A DNA stretch of 64,000 nucleotides from Gammaproteobacteria bacterium (GTDB lineage Bacteria > Pseudomonadota > Gammaproteobacteria > Eutrophobiales > Eutrophobiaceae), in assembly GCA_965221695.1 (NCBI GenBank), contig OZ244905.1:928001-992000 (forward strand), written 5' to 3'. Shown piece after piece: positions 41,383 to 49,216 of the stretch. The position numbers and the translations under genes were made by a program. Numbering within the stretch: the first letter of the stretch is position 1; each line of letters opens with the position of its first letter. The notes under the pieces were generated by a model. The model saw only the letters and a list, made by a program, of their open reading frames with translations, ran no database searches and was not told the origin of the DNA.

Positions 41383-42708
41383 TCAGTCCTGTTTACTTTG
41401 ATCAGTTTGTTCAGTGGGGGTATTGTCCTGTTTTTTAGCAACTTTGGTTGTTTCCGTCTCCGCCTTCTGTTTGTGCTGGAAAAGTTTTATGTCGACCTTG
41501 CCTTCCGACACAAAAGTAATTCCCTCTTCAAGCAATCGCCGGCGCTGCTCTTCCCTCCTCTCCTTCATATCCTCCCTGATCAGTTCACCTGAACTGTAGA
41601 CAATTCTGTGCCAGGGCACATCGGTGTTGGTTAGAACATCAGGCAGCCGTGCCAGCGCCTGTCCCACACGTTGTGCCTTTCTGGAACCAAGCCCGGCCAG
41701 GTCGGCTATTTGGCCGTAGGTGTCGACCCGGCCACTCGGAACCTGTCTTACAACCTGATATATCGTATCGTCGAGATCCGCTTCTGGCTGCCCGGGGTCG
41801 GTCTGGCTCGCCTTAACCGCCGGTTCTCCGGTCTGCGCTTGTTGTTCCGCCACGGCTTCAGATCCTGCTCCGCTCTCAGTTTTCTGCGGTTCTGTCTTCT
41901 TCGCAGCCTTCCTTTCGGGCTTCTTTTTTATCTGGACTTTTTCCCGCTTCGTCTCGACAATGGGCGCGCCTTCGGCGTCCAGTTCGACAAATTCGTCCTT
42001 ATCCTCGCTCTCGCCCAAGAGCCCAACAGAGTCCTTGCCCGTCATAATCGCATCAGCAATGGCTTTTGTGTAGAACTTGATGGATCGTATGGCATCATCA
42101 TTGCCGGGGATGACATAATCCACACCGTCAGGACTGTTATTGCTGTCCACCACGCCGATCACGGGAATCTTCAGCTTGACCGCTTCACTGACAGCGATAT
42201 CCTCATACCCCACATCGATCACGAACAAGGCGTCAGGCCAGCCTTCCATATCCTTGATGCCGGACAGGTTCCGCTCCAGTTTTTCCAGTTCCCGCCGAAG
42301 GTACAATGCTTCCTTCTTGCTGACGCGCTCCATAGCCCCGTTACTCTGCATCTCCTCCAGCTCCCGCAGACGGTTAATGGACTTTTTCACTGTCTTGTAG
42401 TTGGTTAACAAGCCACCCAACCAGCGCAGGTTGATATACGGCATACCACAGCGTTGGGCTTCTTCACTGATGATCTGTTGTGCGGCGCGCTTCGTTCCTA
42501 CAAACAATATCTTTCCCTTGTTCGCAGACAGTTTGCCGACAAAATTCAGGGCTTCCTGGAACATCACCTTGGTTTTTTCAAGGTCGATGATATGTATTTT
42601 ATTTCGATGGCCGAACAGGTACCCGGCCATTTTGGGATTCCAAGAGCGGGTCTGGTGGCCAAAATGCACACCCGCTTCCAGCATCTCGCGCATGCTGATA
42701 TCAGTCAT
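41383..42708 (-). CDS. rpsB: 30S ribosomal protein S2 with a C-terminal alkyltransferase-like (ATL/MGMT DNA-binding) domain
   Basis: The S2 core ([30 protein letters not shown]) continues in frame through a Lys/Glu/Ala-rich linker into [20 protein letters not shown]...VPWHRIV...[10 protein letters not shown]; 441 aa from ATG 42708. Confidence 0.95.
   Translation of the reverse strand: MTDISMREMLEAGVHFGHQTRSWNPKMAGYLFGHRNKIHIIDLEKTKVMFQEALNFVGKLSANKGKILFVGTKRAAQQIISEEAQRCGMPYINLRWLGGLLTNYKTVKKSINRLRELEEMQSNGAMERVSKKEALYLRRELEKLERNLSGIKDMEGWPDALFVIDVGYEDIAVSEAVKLKIPVIGVVDSNNSPDGVDYVIPGNDDAIRSIKFYTKAIADAIMTGKDSVGLLGESEDKDEFVELDAEGAPIVETKREKVQIKKKPERKAAKKTEPQKTESGAGSEAVAEQQAQTGEPAVKASQTDPGQPEADLDDTIYQVVRQVPSGRVDTYGQIADLAGLGSRKAQRVGQALARLPDVLTNTDVPWHRIVYSSGELIREDMKERREEQRRRLLEEGITFVSEGKVDIKLFQHKQKAETETTKVAKKQDNTPTEQTDQSKQD
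41473..41778 (-). other. ATL (YbaZ/Atl1-like) domain within rpsB
   Basis: P-x-G-x-V-x-TYG-x-IA, VGQAL, PWHRIV at 41616-41599 (Trp in place of the alkyltransferase Cys) and Q-xxx-L-xx-EG. Confidence 0.9.
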
Positions 42709-42863
42709 AAAACATACTCCGGACAGGGTTAAACTTACGCGCATCACACATATCACCCGGCTGGTCGTAAATCGGACAGCCAGGACCCGGATATGCGATC
42801 TATTAATGAATGCGCGCGTGGATTTACGGCTTCACTTGCTTTGACAGCAGGCGCTTTATAACA
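42709..42863 (-). promoter_or_regulatory. rpsB promoter and structured autoregulatory leader (t44/tff-like)
   Basis: Minus strand has TGT-TATAAA-GCGCC (extended -10 plus GC discriminator), then CACGCGCGCAT..GCATATCCGGGT..CCGGGTGATATGTG.GATGCGCGT..TAACCC, paralleling the gammaproteobacterial rpsB leader. Confidence 0.7.
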
Positions 42864-42902
42864 TAGAAGGCTTGTGGAAACAAATCTTTCCGTTTACATG
42901 TT

Positions 42903-43670
42903 ATGACTATTTCCTTAAAAACGCCGGATGAGGTAGAGAAAATGCGCGTCGCCGGGGCTCTGGCCTCTTCAGTCCTCGCCATGATCGAGCCGCATGTGAA
43001 GGCCGGCGTCACCACTGCCGAACTCGATAGCATCTGCCATGAATACATCACCGATAAACTGCACGCGATACCGGCGCCATTGAATTATCGCGGTTTCCCC
43101 AAGTCTATCTGCACTTCCATTAACCACGTGGTCTGCCACGGCATACCCGGCAATAAACGCCTGAAAAACGGCGATATCATCAATATAGACATCACCGTAA
43201 TAAAAAACGGGTATCACGGCGATACCAGCAAGATGTTCTGTGTCGGGCAACCGTCGGTACGCGCCAGGAGACTGGTGGACACAACTTACGAATGCCTGCT
43301 ACTGGGAATTGAAATGGTCAAACCCGGCACGCGCCTGGGTGATATCGGGCACGCGATCCAGTCCTATGCGGAAGCGCGCCGGTTCTCGGTTGTGCAGGAA
43401 TATTGCGGACACGGGATCGGCAGGCAGTTCCACGAAGAACCGCAGGTTCTGCATTATGGATTGCCGGGAACCGGGGTAGAGCTCAAGGCAGGTATGACAT
43501 TCACCATCGAACCTATGATCAACGCCGGCAAGCGCCATGTCAAACAGCTACCCGATAACTGGACTGTGGTCACCAAGGATCACTCACTTTCCGCGCAATG
43601 GGAACATACCATTCTGGTCACCAACGACGGCCACGAGGTATTGACCCGCCGGCCTGAAGAAAAGTTTTAA
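42903..43670 (+). CDS. map: Methionine aminopeptidase
   Basis: CTSINHVVCHGIP, GYHGDTS, GHGIG..FHEEP and SAQWEHT motifs. Confidence 0.98.
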   Translation: MTISLKTPDEVEKMRVAGALASSVLAMIEPHVKAGVTTAELDSICHEYITDKLHAIPAPLNYRGFPKSICTSINHVVCHGIPGNKRLKNGDIINIDITVIKNGYHGDTSKMFCVGQPSVRARRLVDTTYECLLLGIEMVKPGTRLGDIGHAIQSYAEARRFSVVQEYCGHGIGRQFHEEPQVLHYGLPGTGVELKAGMTFTIEPMINAGKRHVKQLPDNWTVVTKDHSLSAQWEHTILVTNDGHEVLTRRPEEKF

Positions 43671-43691
43671 CTCAATTCAGAGGTTCCTTAA
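43671..43691. repeat. Half MITE terminus
   Basis: AATTCAGAGGTTCC TTAA immediately after the map stop. Confidence 0.5.
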
Positions 43692-43738
43692 GGTTAATCC
43701 GAAGCGCCGGCGTTATTCAGCTATAAGGTATAAAGCAC

Positions 43739-46372
43739 ATGGCTATCGAAGAAACATTATTGTTCGACCAAACCAGCCTGGACGGGAAGGCCTGCGATGT
43801 AACTCACCTCAGGCAAGCCCTGGAGCATGGCAACCGTTATCTGAACGAGCGCTTTGAGGCTGGCACGCCGGTGCGCGAGGTCATCAACAAACGAGCCTGG
43901 TTGATCGATCAACTGCTAATTCGCGCATGGCAACATCATATTGCCAGCGACTCCATGTCAATGGTGGCGGTCGGCGGTTACGGCCGCATGGATTTATTGC
44001 CGGCCTCCGATACAGACCTGCTGTTGCTGATAAAACCGCGCCGGCAAAAATACATGAAATCCGGCATTGAAAGCTTCCTGGCGCTGCTTTGGGACATCGG
44101 CCTGGAAGTAGGCCACAGTGTGAGGACGGTGAAGGAGTGTGTGCAAGAAGCGAAATTGGACGTCACAGTCGCCACAAATCTTATGGAATCCAGGCTGATT
44201 ATCGGTAATGCGGCATTGTTCGAGGCGATGATTAAGATGACGGGGCCGAAGAAAATCTGGCCGTCAAGAAAGTTCTTTGCGGCAAAATGGGAGGAACAGA
44301 CCACCCGCCACAATAAATTTCATGACAGTGAAAATAACCTGGAGCCAAATATCAAGGAAGGGCCGGGCGGGTTGCGCGACATCCACATGATTGGCTGGGT
44401 CGCGAAAAGGCATTTTGGCGCTGAACGACTCAGGGATCTTGTAAAACATGATTTCCTCTCGCAAAAGGAATATGACAGCCTTAACAAGGCGCACAATTTC
44501 TTATGGCGCGTGCGCTATACCCTACATCTCGTCTCCAACAGAAGAGAAGACCGGCTGCTGTTTGATCATCAAAAAAACGTCGCCGGCAACTTCGGTTATG
44601 CCACGGAGGGCAATTCAGGCGTCGAACAATTCATGAAAACCTACTACCAGACGGTGAAGGAGATCAGCCGATTGAACGAAATGCTGCTGCAGCATTTCCA
44701 GGAAGAGATCATCTACGCGCGCAGAAAAGAAAAACTGCGGCCGCTGAACAAGCGCTTTCAAATAAGGAATGATTTTATCGAAGTAACGAACAAGCAGGTC
44801 TTCAAACAATACCCGCTCGCTCTGCTTGAGATATTCCTGTTGTTGCAACAGAACCAGAATATCAAAGGGGTGAGAGCCAGCACTGTCAGGCTGATTCGGG
44901 AGTCACTGCTCCTCATCGACTCAACCTTCAGGAAAGATATAAAGAGCCAGAGCCTGTTCCTGGAAATAATCCGTCAGCCGCGCAGGGTCGGACACGAGTT
45001 AAGGCGTATGCACAAATACGGCGTATTGGGCGCGTACATGCCCGAATTTGCCCAGATTGAAGGGCTGATGCAATTTGACCTGTTTCATATTTATACGGTT
45101 GATGAACATATCCTGTTCGTAATAAGAAACATGCGACGCTTTAACCTGGACGAATACAGGGATAAATTTCCCTTATGCCGCCAGGTCTTACAGCAGATAC
45201 CGAAACAGGAATTATTGTATTTTGCCGGCATGTTCCATGATATGGCTAAAGGCAGGGACGGCGATCATTCCACCCTGGGCGCCCAGGATGCGCTGGCCTT
45301 CTGTCGTAGACACCACTTGAGTGATTATGACGCGAAACTGGTCGCCTGGCTCGTGGAGTGGCATTTGCTGATGTCGAAAACCGCGCAAAGAGAAGATATC
45401 AACGATCCGGAAGTCATCAACCAGTTTGCTCAAAAAGTGGGTGATATCATTCATCTGAACTACCTCTATCTGCTCACCGTGGCCGATATCAATGGCACCA
45501 ACCCAGACCTGTGGAATAGCTGGAAGGACGCGCTGATTGCTGACCTGTACAACAAGACCTTGTCTGCGCTGCGGCGCGGGCTCGAGCGCCCGATAAACAA
45601 GACTGAACTCATTACGGATACAAAGGCCCGCTCCCTGGCGGTCATTAAAGCCGGCAACCAGGATGTCGCAGAAACCGAAACAATATGGCCATACCTCAGC
45701 GATGATTACTTTCTGCGATACTCTGCTACGGAAATTGCCTGGCATACCAGCGCCATATTGAAATGCAAAGATGCCAGCCTGCCTTTAATCCTGCTGAGGG
45801 AAGAATCCGAACGCGGCGCTACCGCAATATTTATTTACATGCGCGACCACGACAACATATTCTCGCGCATTTCCGGCGCCCTGGACATGCTGGACCTGAA
45901 TGTTGTCGACGCCCGTGTCATGAGCTCGATTCATGGCTACACCCTGGACACATTCAGCGTCCTGGAAAAATCCGGTGTTACCGTTAAAGGTCGCGCCCGA
46001 AAGAGGGAAATTATCAGCGCGCTGAAGCAGAACCTGCTGACTCTGGATAAGCCGATCAAGCGCGCCGAACGCCTGCGGTCGAGGAGGCTGCAGCATTTTT
46101 CCATACCAACCCGCGTTGACTTCAGCATTGACGCCAGGAACGACCGCAATATCATGGAGGTCAGCGCCAGGGACCAGCCCGGGTTTCTTTCTTCGGTCGG
46201 AATGGCGTTGGAGTATTGTGGCGCGCGCGTGCAAGCCGCAAAAATCGCCACCTACGGCGAACGGGTGGAAGACCTGTTTTATATCACTGACCGAAACAAC
46301 CGGCTTATTACGGACAGCGCCAAACTGCAGTGTCTCAGCGACACGATCACTCTATCGCTAAAAGTAAATTAG
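43739..46372 (+). CDS. glnD: PII uridylyltransferase/uridylyl-removing enzyme
   Basis: AVGGYGR..SDTD, EPNIKEGPGGLRD, HD domain and two ACT domains. Confidence 0.97.
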   Translation: MAIEETLLFDQTSLDGKACDVTHLRQALEHGNRYLNERFEAGTPVREVINKRAWLIDQLLIRAWQHHIASDSMSMVAVGGYGRMDLLPASDTDLLLLIKPRRQKYMKSGIESFLALLWDIGLEVGHSVRTVKECVQEAKLDVTVATNLMESRLIIGNAALFEAMIKMTGPKKIWPSRKFFAAKWEEQTTRHNKFHDSENNLEPNIKEGPGGLRDIHMIGWVAKRHFGAERLRDLVKHDFLSQKEYDSLNKAHNFLWRVRYTLHLVSNRREDRLLFDHQKNVAGNFGYATEGNSGVEQFMKTYYQTVKEISRLNEMLLQHFQEEIIYARRKEKLRPLNKRFQIRNDFIEVTNKQVFKQYPLALLEIFLLLQQNQNIKGVRASTVRLIRESLLLIDSTFRKDIKSQSLFLEIIRQPRRVGHELRRMHKYGVLGAYMPEFAQIEGLMQFDLFHIYTVDEHILFVIRNMRRFNLDEYRDKFPLCRQVLQQIPKQELLYFAGMFHDMAKGRDGDHSTLGAQDALAFCRRHHLSDYDAKLVAWLVEWHLLMSKTAQREDINDPEVINQFAQKVGDIIHLNYLYLLTVADINGTNPDLWNSWKDALIADLYNKTLSALRRGLERPINKTELITDTKARSLAVIKAGNQDVAETETIWPYLSDDYFLRYSATEIAWHTSAILKCKDASLPLILLREESERGATAIFIYMRDHDNIFSRISGALDMLDLNVVDARVMSSIHGYTLDTFSVLEKSGVTVKGRARKREIISALKQNLLTLDKPIKRAERLRSRRLQHFSIPTRVDFSIDARNDRNIMEVSARDQPGFLSSVGMALEYCGARVQAAKIATYGERVEDLFYITDRNNRLITDSAKLQCLSDTITLSLKVN

Positions 46373-46405
46373 GGAAGCTCTGAGACTTAATCAGAGGTTC
46401 CCTAA
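46369..46405. repeat. Short MITE-terminus palindrome at the glnD stop codon
   Basis: TTAG GGAAGCTCTGAGACTTAATCAGAGGTTCC CTAA; the TAG is the glnD stop. Confidence 0.8.
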
Positions 46406-46414
46406 ATTATTACT

Positions 46415-47101
46415 GTGCCATATTCGGATCACAAAACCATCGCGCCGCCGCAATCGGAAGCTGAGTTAATGCGCCGTTGCCAAGAGCTGGCCGGCAAGTC
46501 GCTCGGGAGGGTGGCTGCTGAACTGAATGTCGCCGCGCCCGAGTCCCGCGCCAGGGGGAAGGGATGGGCCGGCCAACTCATCGAGCGCTACCTGGGCGCC
46601 AGCGCCGCCTCGCAGCCGGAACCGGACTTTACATCTCTTGGAATCGAGCTAAAAACGATACCCGTCAACCGGCAAGGCAAGGCCAAGGAATCCACTTTTG
46701 TCTGCGTGGCGCCGATGACCGTTGCGCCTGGCCTGAGTTGGACGGCTTCCACGGTCAGGCATAAACTCAGCCGGGTACTCTGGGTGCCGATAGAAGCCGA
46801 CCCAGAAATACTGCCGTCTAACAGCAGGACAGGAAACGCTTTTCTGTGGAGTCCATCGCCGGAACAGACCCAAATCCTGCGTCAGGATTGGCAGGAGCTG
46901 GTTGAAATGCTATGTTTCGGCGATGTTGATAAAATCAGCGCAAGACATGGTAAATATCTGCAACTCAGGCCCAAAGCCGCCAGTTCCGCCAGCCTGGTCC
47001 GAACAACCCTGGCGGATGGCAAAACCGGAATGACTCTGCCCAGGGGATTTTACCTGCGCGCCCGGTTTACCAACATTCTGCTTAAAGAACATGCGGGCTG
47101 A
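46415..47101 (+). CDS. mutH: DNA mismatch repair endonuclease MutH
   Basis: KGWAGQLIE..LGA.A.S.PEPDF..LGIELKTIP, ESTFVC, LQLRPKAA and RGFYLR motifs. Confidence 0.93.
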   Translation: MPYSDHKTIAPPQSEAELMRRCQELAGKSLGRVAAELNVAAPESRARGKGWAGQLIERYLGASAASQPEPDFTSLGIELKTIPVNRQGKAKESTFVCVAPMTVAPGLSWTASTVRHKLSRVLWVPIEADPEILPSNSRTGNAFLWSPSPEQTQILRQDWQELVEMLCFGDVDKISARHGKYLQLRPKAASSASLVRTTLADGKTGMTLPRGFYLRARFTNILLKEHAG

Positions 47102-48092
47102 TCCAGACTGTATAAAATTAAGTCACAGGTTATGCGTAGCGCCCATGATGGCGCATACGGACAGGCATTTTCGTTACCTGCTGCGCCTGCTTTCCGAACG
47201 TTCCATGCTGTACACTGAAATGCTGACCACGGGCGCCTTGCTGTATGGAGATGTTGAGAAGCACGCCAGGTTCAATGATGCGGAGCGCCCTGTCGGCATA
47301 CAGTTGGGCGGCAGCATCCCTGACGACCTGGCAAGTTGCGCCCGCATCGCCGCAGACTTCGGATACGATGAAATAAACCTGAATGTAGGCTGTCCCAGCG
47401 AACGGGTCAAATCCGGACACTTCGGCGCTTGCCTCATGGCTGAACCCGAACTGGTTGCTGACTGCGTGCGCGCCATGGTTGAAGCGACTGAATTACCGGT
47501 CACGGTCAAAACCCGCACCGGCATTGATGATCAGGACGATTATGAACGCTTGCAAGGGTTTGTTGCTGCCGTTTCCGACGCCGGATGCCGCGTGTTTATC
47601 ATCCATGCCCGCAAAGCCTGGCTGCAAGGACTGAACCCTCGGCAGAACCGGTCTGTGCCACCGCTACAATACGATCGGGTGTACCGCTTGAAACAGGATT
47701 TTCCGCAACTGGAAATCATCATTAACGGGGGGATCATGGATGTTGGCGCAGCGCGTCATCACTTGCGTCATGTGGATGGAGTCATGCTCGGAAGAGCCAT
47801 ATGTAATAACCCTTACCTGCTTGCCGGGCTGGACAAATGCCTGTTCGGCATGAACAATATAGTCCCCTCACGCATGCAAACGTTGCACAACTACATGCGT
47901 TATATGGAAAGAGAGGTGGCTGACGGTGAAAGACTGTACGCGATGGCGCGCCACTTGCTGGGGCTGTTTCACGCGCAGCGCGGCGCCCGCGCTTACCGAC
48001 GCCACTTGACGACGAAAGCGGTTCAAGCGAGCGCCGGGATGGAGGTTATCAGAGAAGCGGTAGCATTGGTTAATTTTGAAAGCTCTGGCTGA
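47091..48092 (+). CDS. dusA: tRNA-dihydrouridine(20/20a) synthase
   Basis: VAPMM..TDRHFRY, NLNVGCPSERV, GACLM and HARKAWLQGLNP motifs. Confidence 0.95.
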   Translation: MRADPDCIKLSHRLCVAPMMAHTDRHFRYLLRLLSERSMLYTEMLTTGALLYGDVEKHARFNDAERPVGIQLGGSIPDDLASCARIAADFGYDEINLNVGCPSERVKSGHFGACLMAEPELVADCVRAMVEATELPVTVKTRTGIDDQDDYERLQGFVAAVSDAGCRVFIIHARKAWLQGLNPRQNRSVPPLQYDRVYRLKQDFPQLEIIINGGIMDVGAARHHLRHVDGVMLGRAICNNPYLLAGLDKCLFGMNNIVPSRMQTLHNYMRYMEREVADGERLYAMARHLLGLFHAQRGARAYRRHLTTKAVQASAGMEVIREAVALVNFESSG

Positions 48093-48108
48093 ACCAGAGA
48101 TTCTTTAG
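48078..48108. repeat. Degenerate MITE-terminus palindrome overlapping the dusA 3' end
   Basis: GAAAGCTCTGGCTGAACCAGAGATTCT TTAG; it contains the dusA TGA. Confidence 0.55.
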
Positions 48109-48117
48109 AGAGTTTAT

Positions 48118-48789
48118 ATGAGAAGTTATTTTTTACTTATTGTTTTTTTAATAATATTTATGCTAAATCCTGTCCGGTCAGAAGAGACCGACATGACCCA
48201 TAAGCAAAAGCTCAGTTATGCGCTGGGGGTATTTTTTGCGCAGAGCGTATCGCAACAAAACATAGATATGGATGTGGATCAGTTCCTCGCCGCCGTATCC
48301 GACATCCTCAACAATAACCCGCCAAAACTGTCCATCGAAGAAATACAAACCATTTTTGCGGAATTTCAGCAACAGGAACAACAAAACAGGGCCAGGTTGG
48401 CCGCCGTCAATAGCGAATCAGGGAAGGCGTTTCTGAAACAAAACAGGGAACGGGAAGGCGTGGTGGAACTGGACAACGGCCTACAATATAAAATCCTGCG
48501 GCCGGGTTCCGGTCCGACCCCGGAAGCGGGTGGTGAAGTGACTGTTCATTACCGGGGCAAACTGATCAACGGAACTGAATTCGATAGTTCATACCAGCGA
48601 AACGAACCGGCAAAACTGTCCCTGAACCGGGTCATCAAGGGTTGGCAGCTTGCGCTGCCGCTGATGAAAACCGGCGCGCTATGGGAACTGTATATCCCAT
48701 CGGAACTTGCCTACGGCAGCGCTGGACAGGGGGCAATCGGGCCGGATGAAACTCTGATTTTTGAGGTGGAATTAATTGAGGCGCAGTAA
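48118..48789 (+). CDS. FKBP-type peptidyl-prolyl isomerase (FkpA/Mip/FklB family), secreted
   Basis: KLSYALG N-domain, VHYRGKLINGTEFDSSY, VIKGW and LIFEVEL motifs. Confidence 0.93.
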   Translation: MRSYFLLIVFLIIFMLNPVRSEETDMTHKQKLSYALGVFFAQSVSQQNIDMDVDQFLAAVSDILNNNPPKLSIEEIQTIFAEFQQQEQQNRARLAAVNSESGKAFLKQNREREGVVELDNGLQYKILRPGSGPTPEAGGEVTVHYRGKLINGTEFDSSYQRNEPAKLSLNRVIKGWQLALPLMKTGALWELYIPSELAYGSAGQGAIGPDETLIFEVELIEAQ

Positions 48790-49216
48790 CATTGCCACAT
48801 TTTTTTGTCTGACGCTGCAATTCGCCCTGTTGCCGGCCTCGGACAACCACGCGCAGGACACTTCGGTAGCCGCCGGGATCCGGGCCTATCAGGATGGGCA
48901 TTACCAATCGGCTGCCGCCAGCTTCAGGAACGCCCTGGAGATTGCGCCGCAGGACTCTTCACTGCATCATTGGCTGGGCAGGTGTTATGGCAGAATTGCC
49001 GAGCATGGCAACTGGTTTGCCGCCATATCCTATGCCAAGAAGACCTTGAAACAGTTCCGCAAAGCGGTGGAACTGGACAGCAACAACTACGAGGCATTAC
49101 GCGACCTGATAAACTACCTGGAAACCGCCCCTCGGATGTTAGGAGGCAACGGGCAGGAAGCGAAACATTTGCGACAGCGACTGGAAGCTTTGCGGGCCGC
49201 GCGAGAAGAGCAATGA
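48776..49216 (+). CDS. Small secreted tetratricopeptide-repeat protein
   Basis: TPR patterns (GIRAYQDGHYQSAAASFRNALEIAP; HHWLGRCYG; FRKAVELDSNN); ATGA overlap with prc; start uncertain. Confidence 0.75.
   Translation: MRRSNIATFFCLTLQFALLPASDNHAQDTSVAAGIRAYQDGHYQSAAASFRNALEIAPQDSSLHHWLGRCYGRIAEHGNWFAAISYAKKTLKQFRKAVELDSNNYEALRDLINYLETAPRMLGGNGQEAKHLRQRLEALRAAREEQ

Noticed and set aside
48805-49212. Long N-terminal extension of Prc (838-aa ORF)
   Set aside because: It is an alternate-frame overlap with the TPR gene; the signal peptide begins at ATG 49213.
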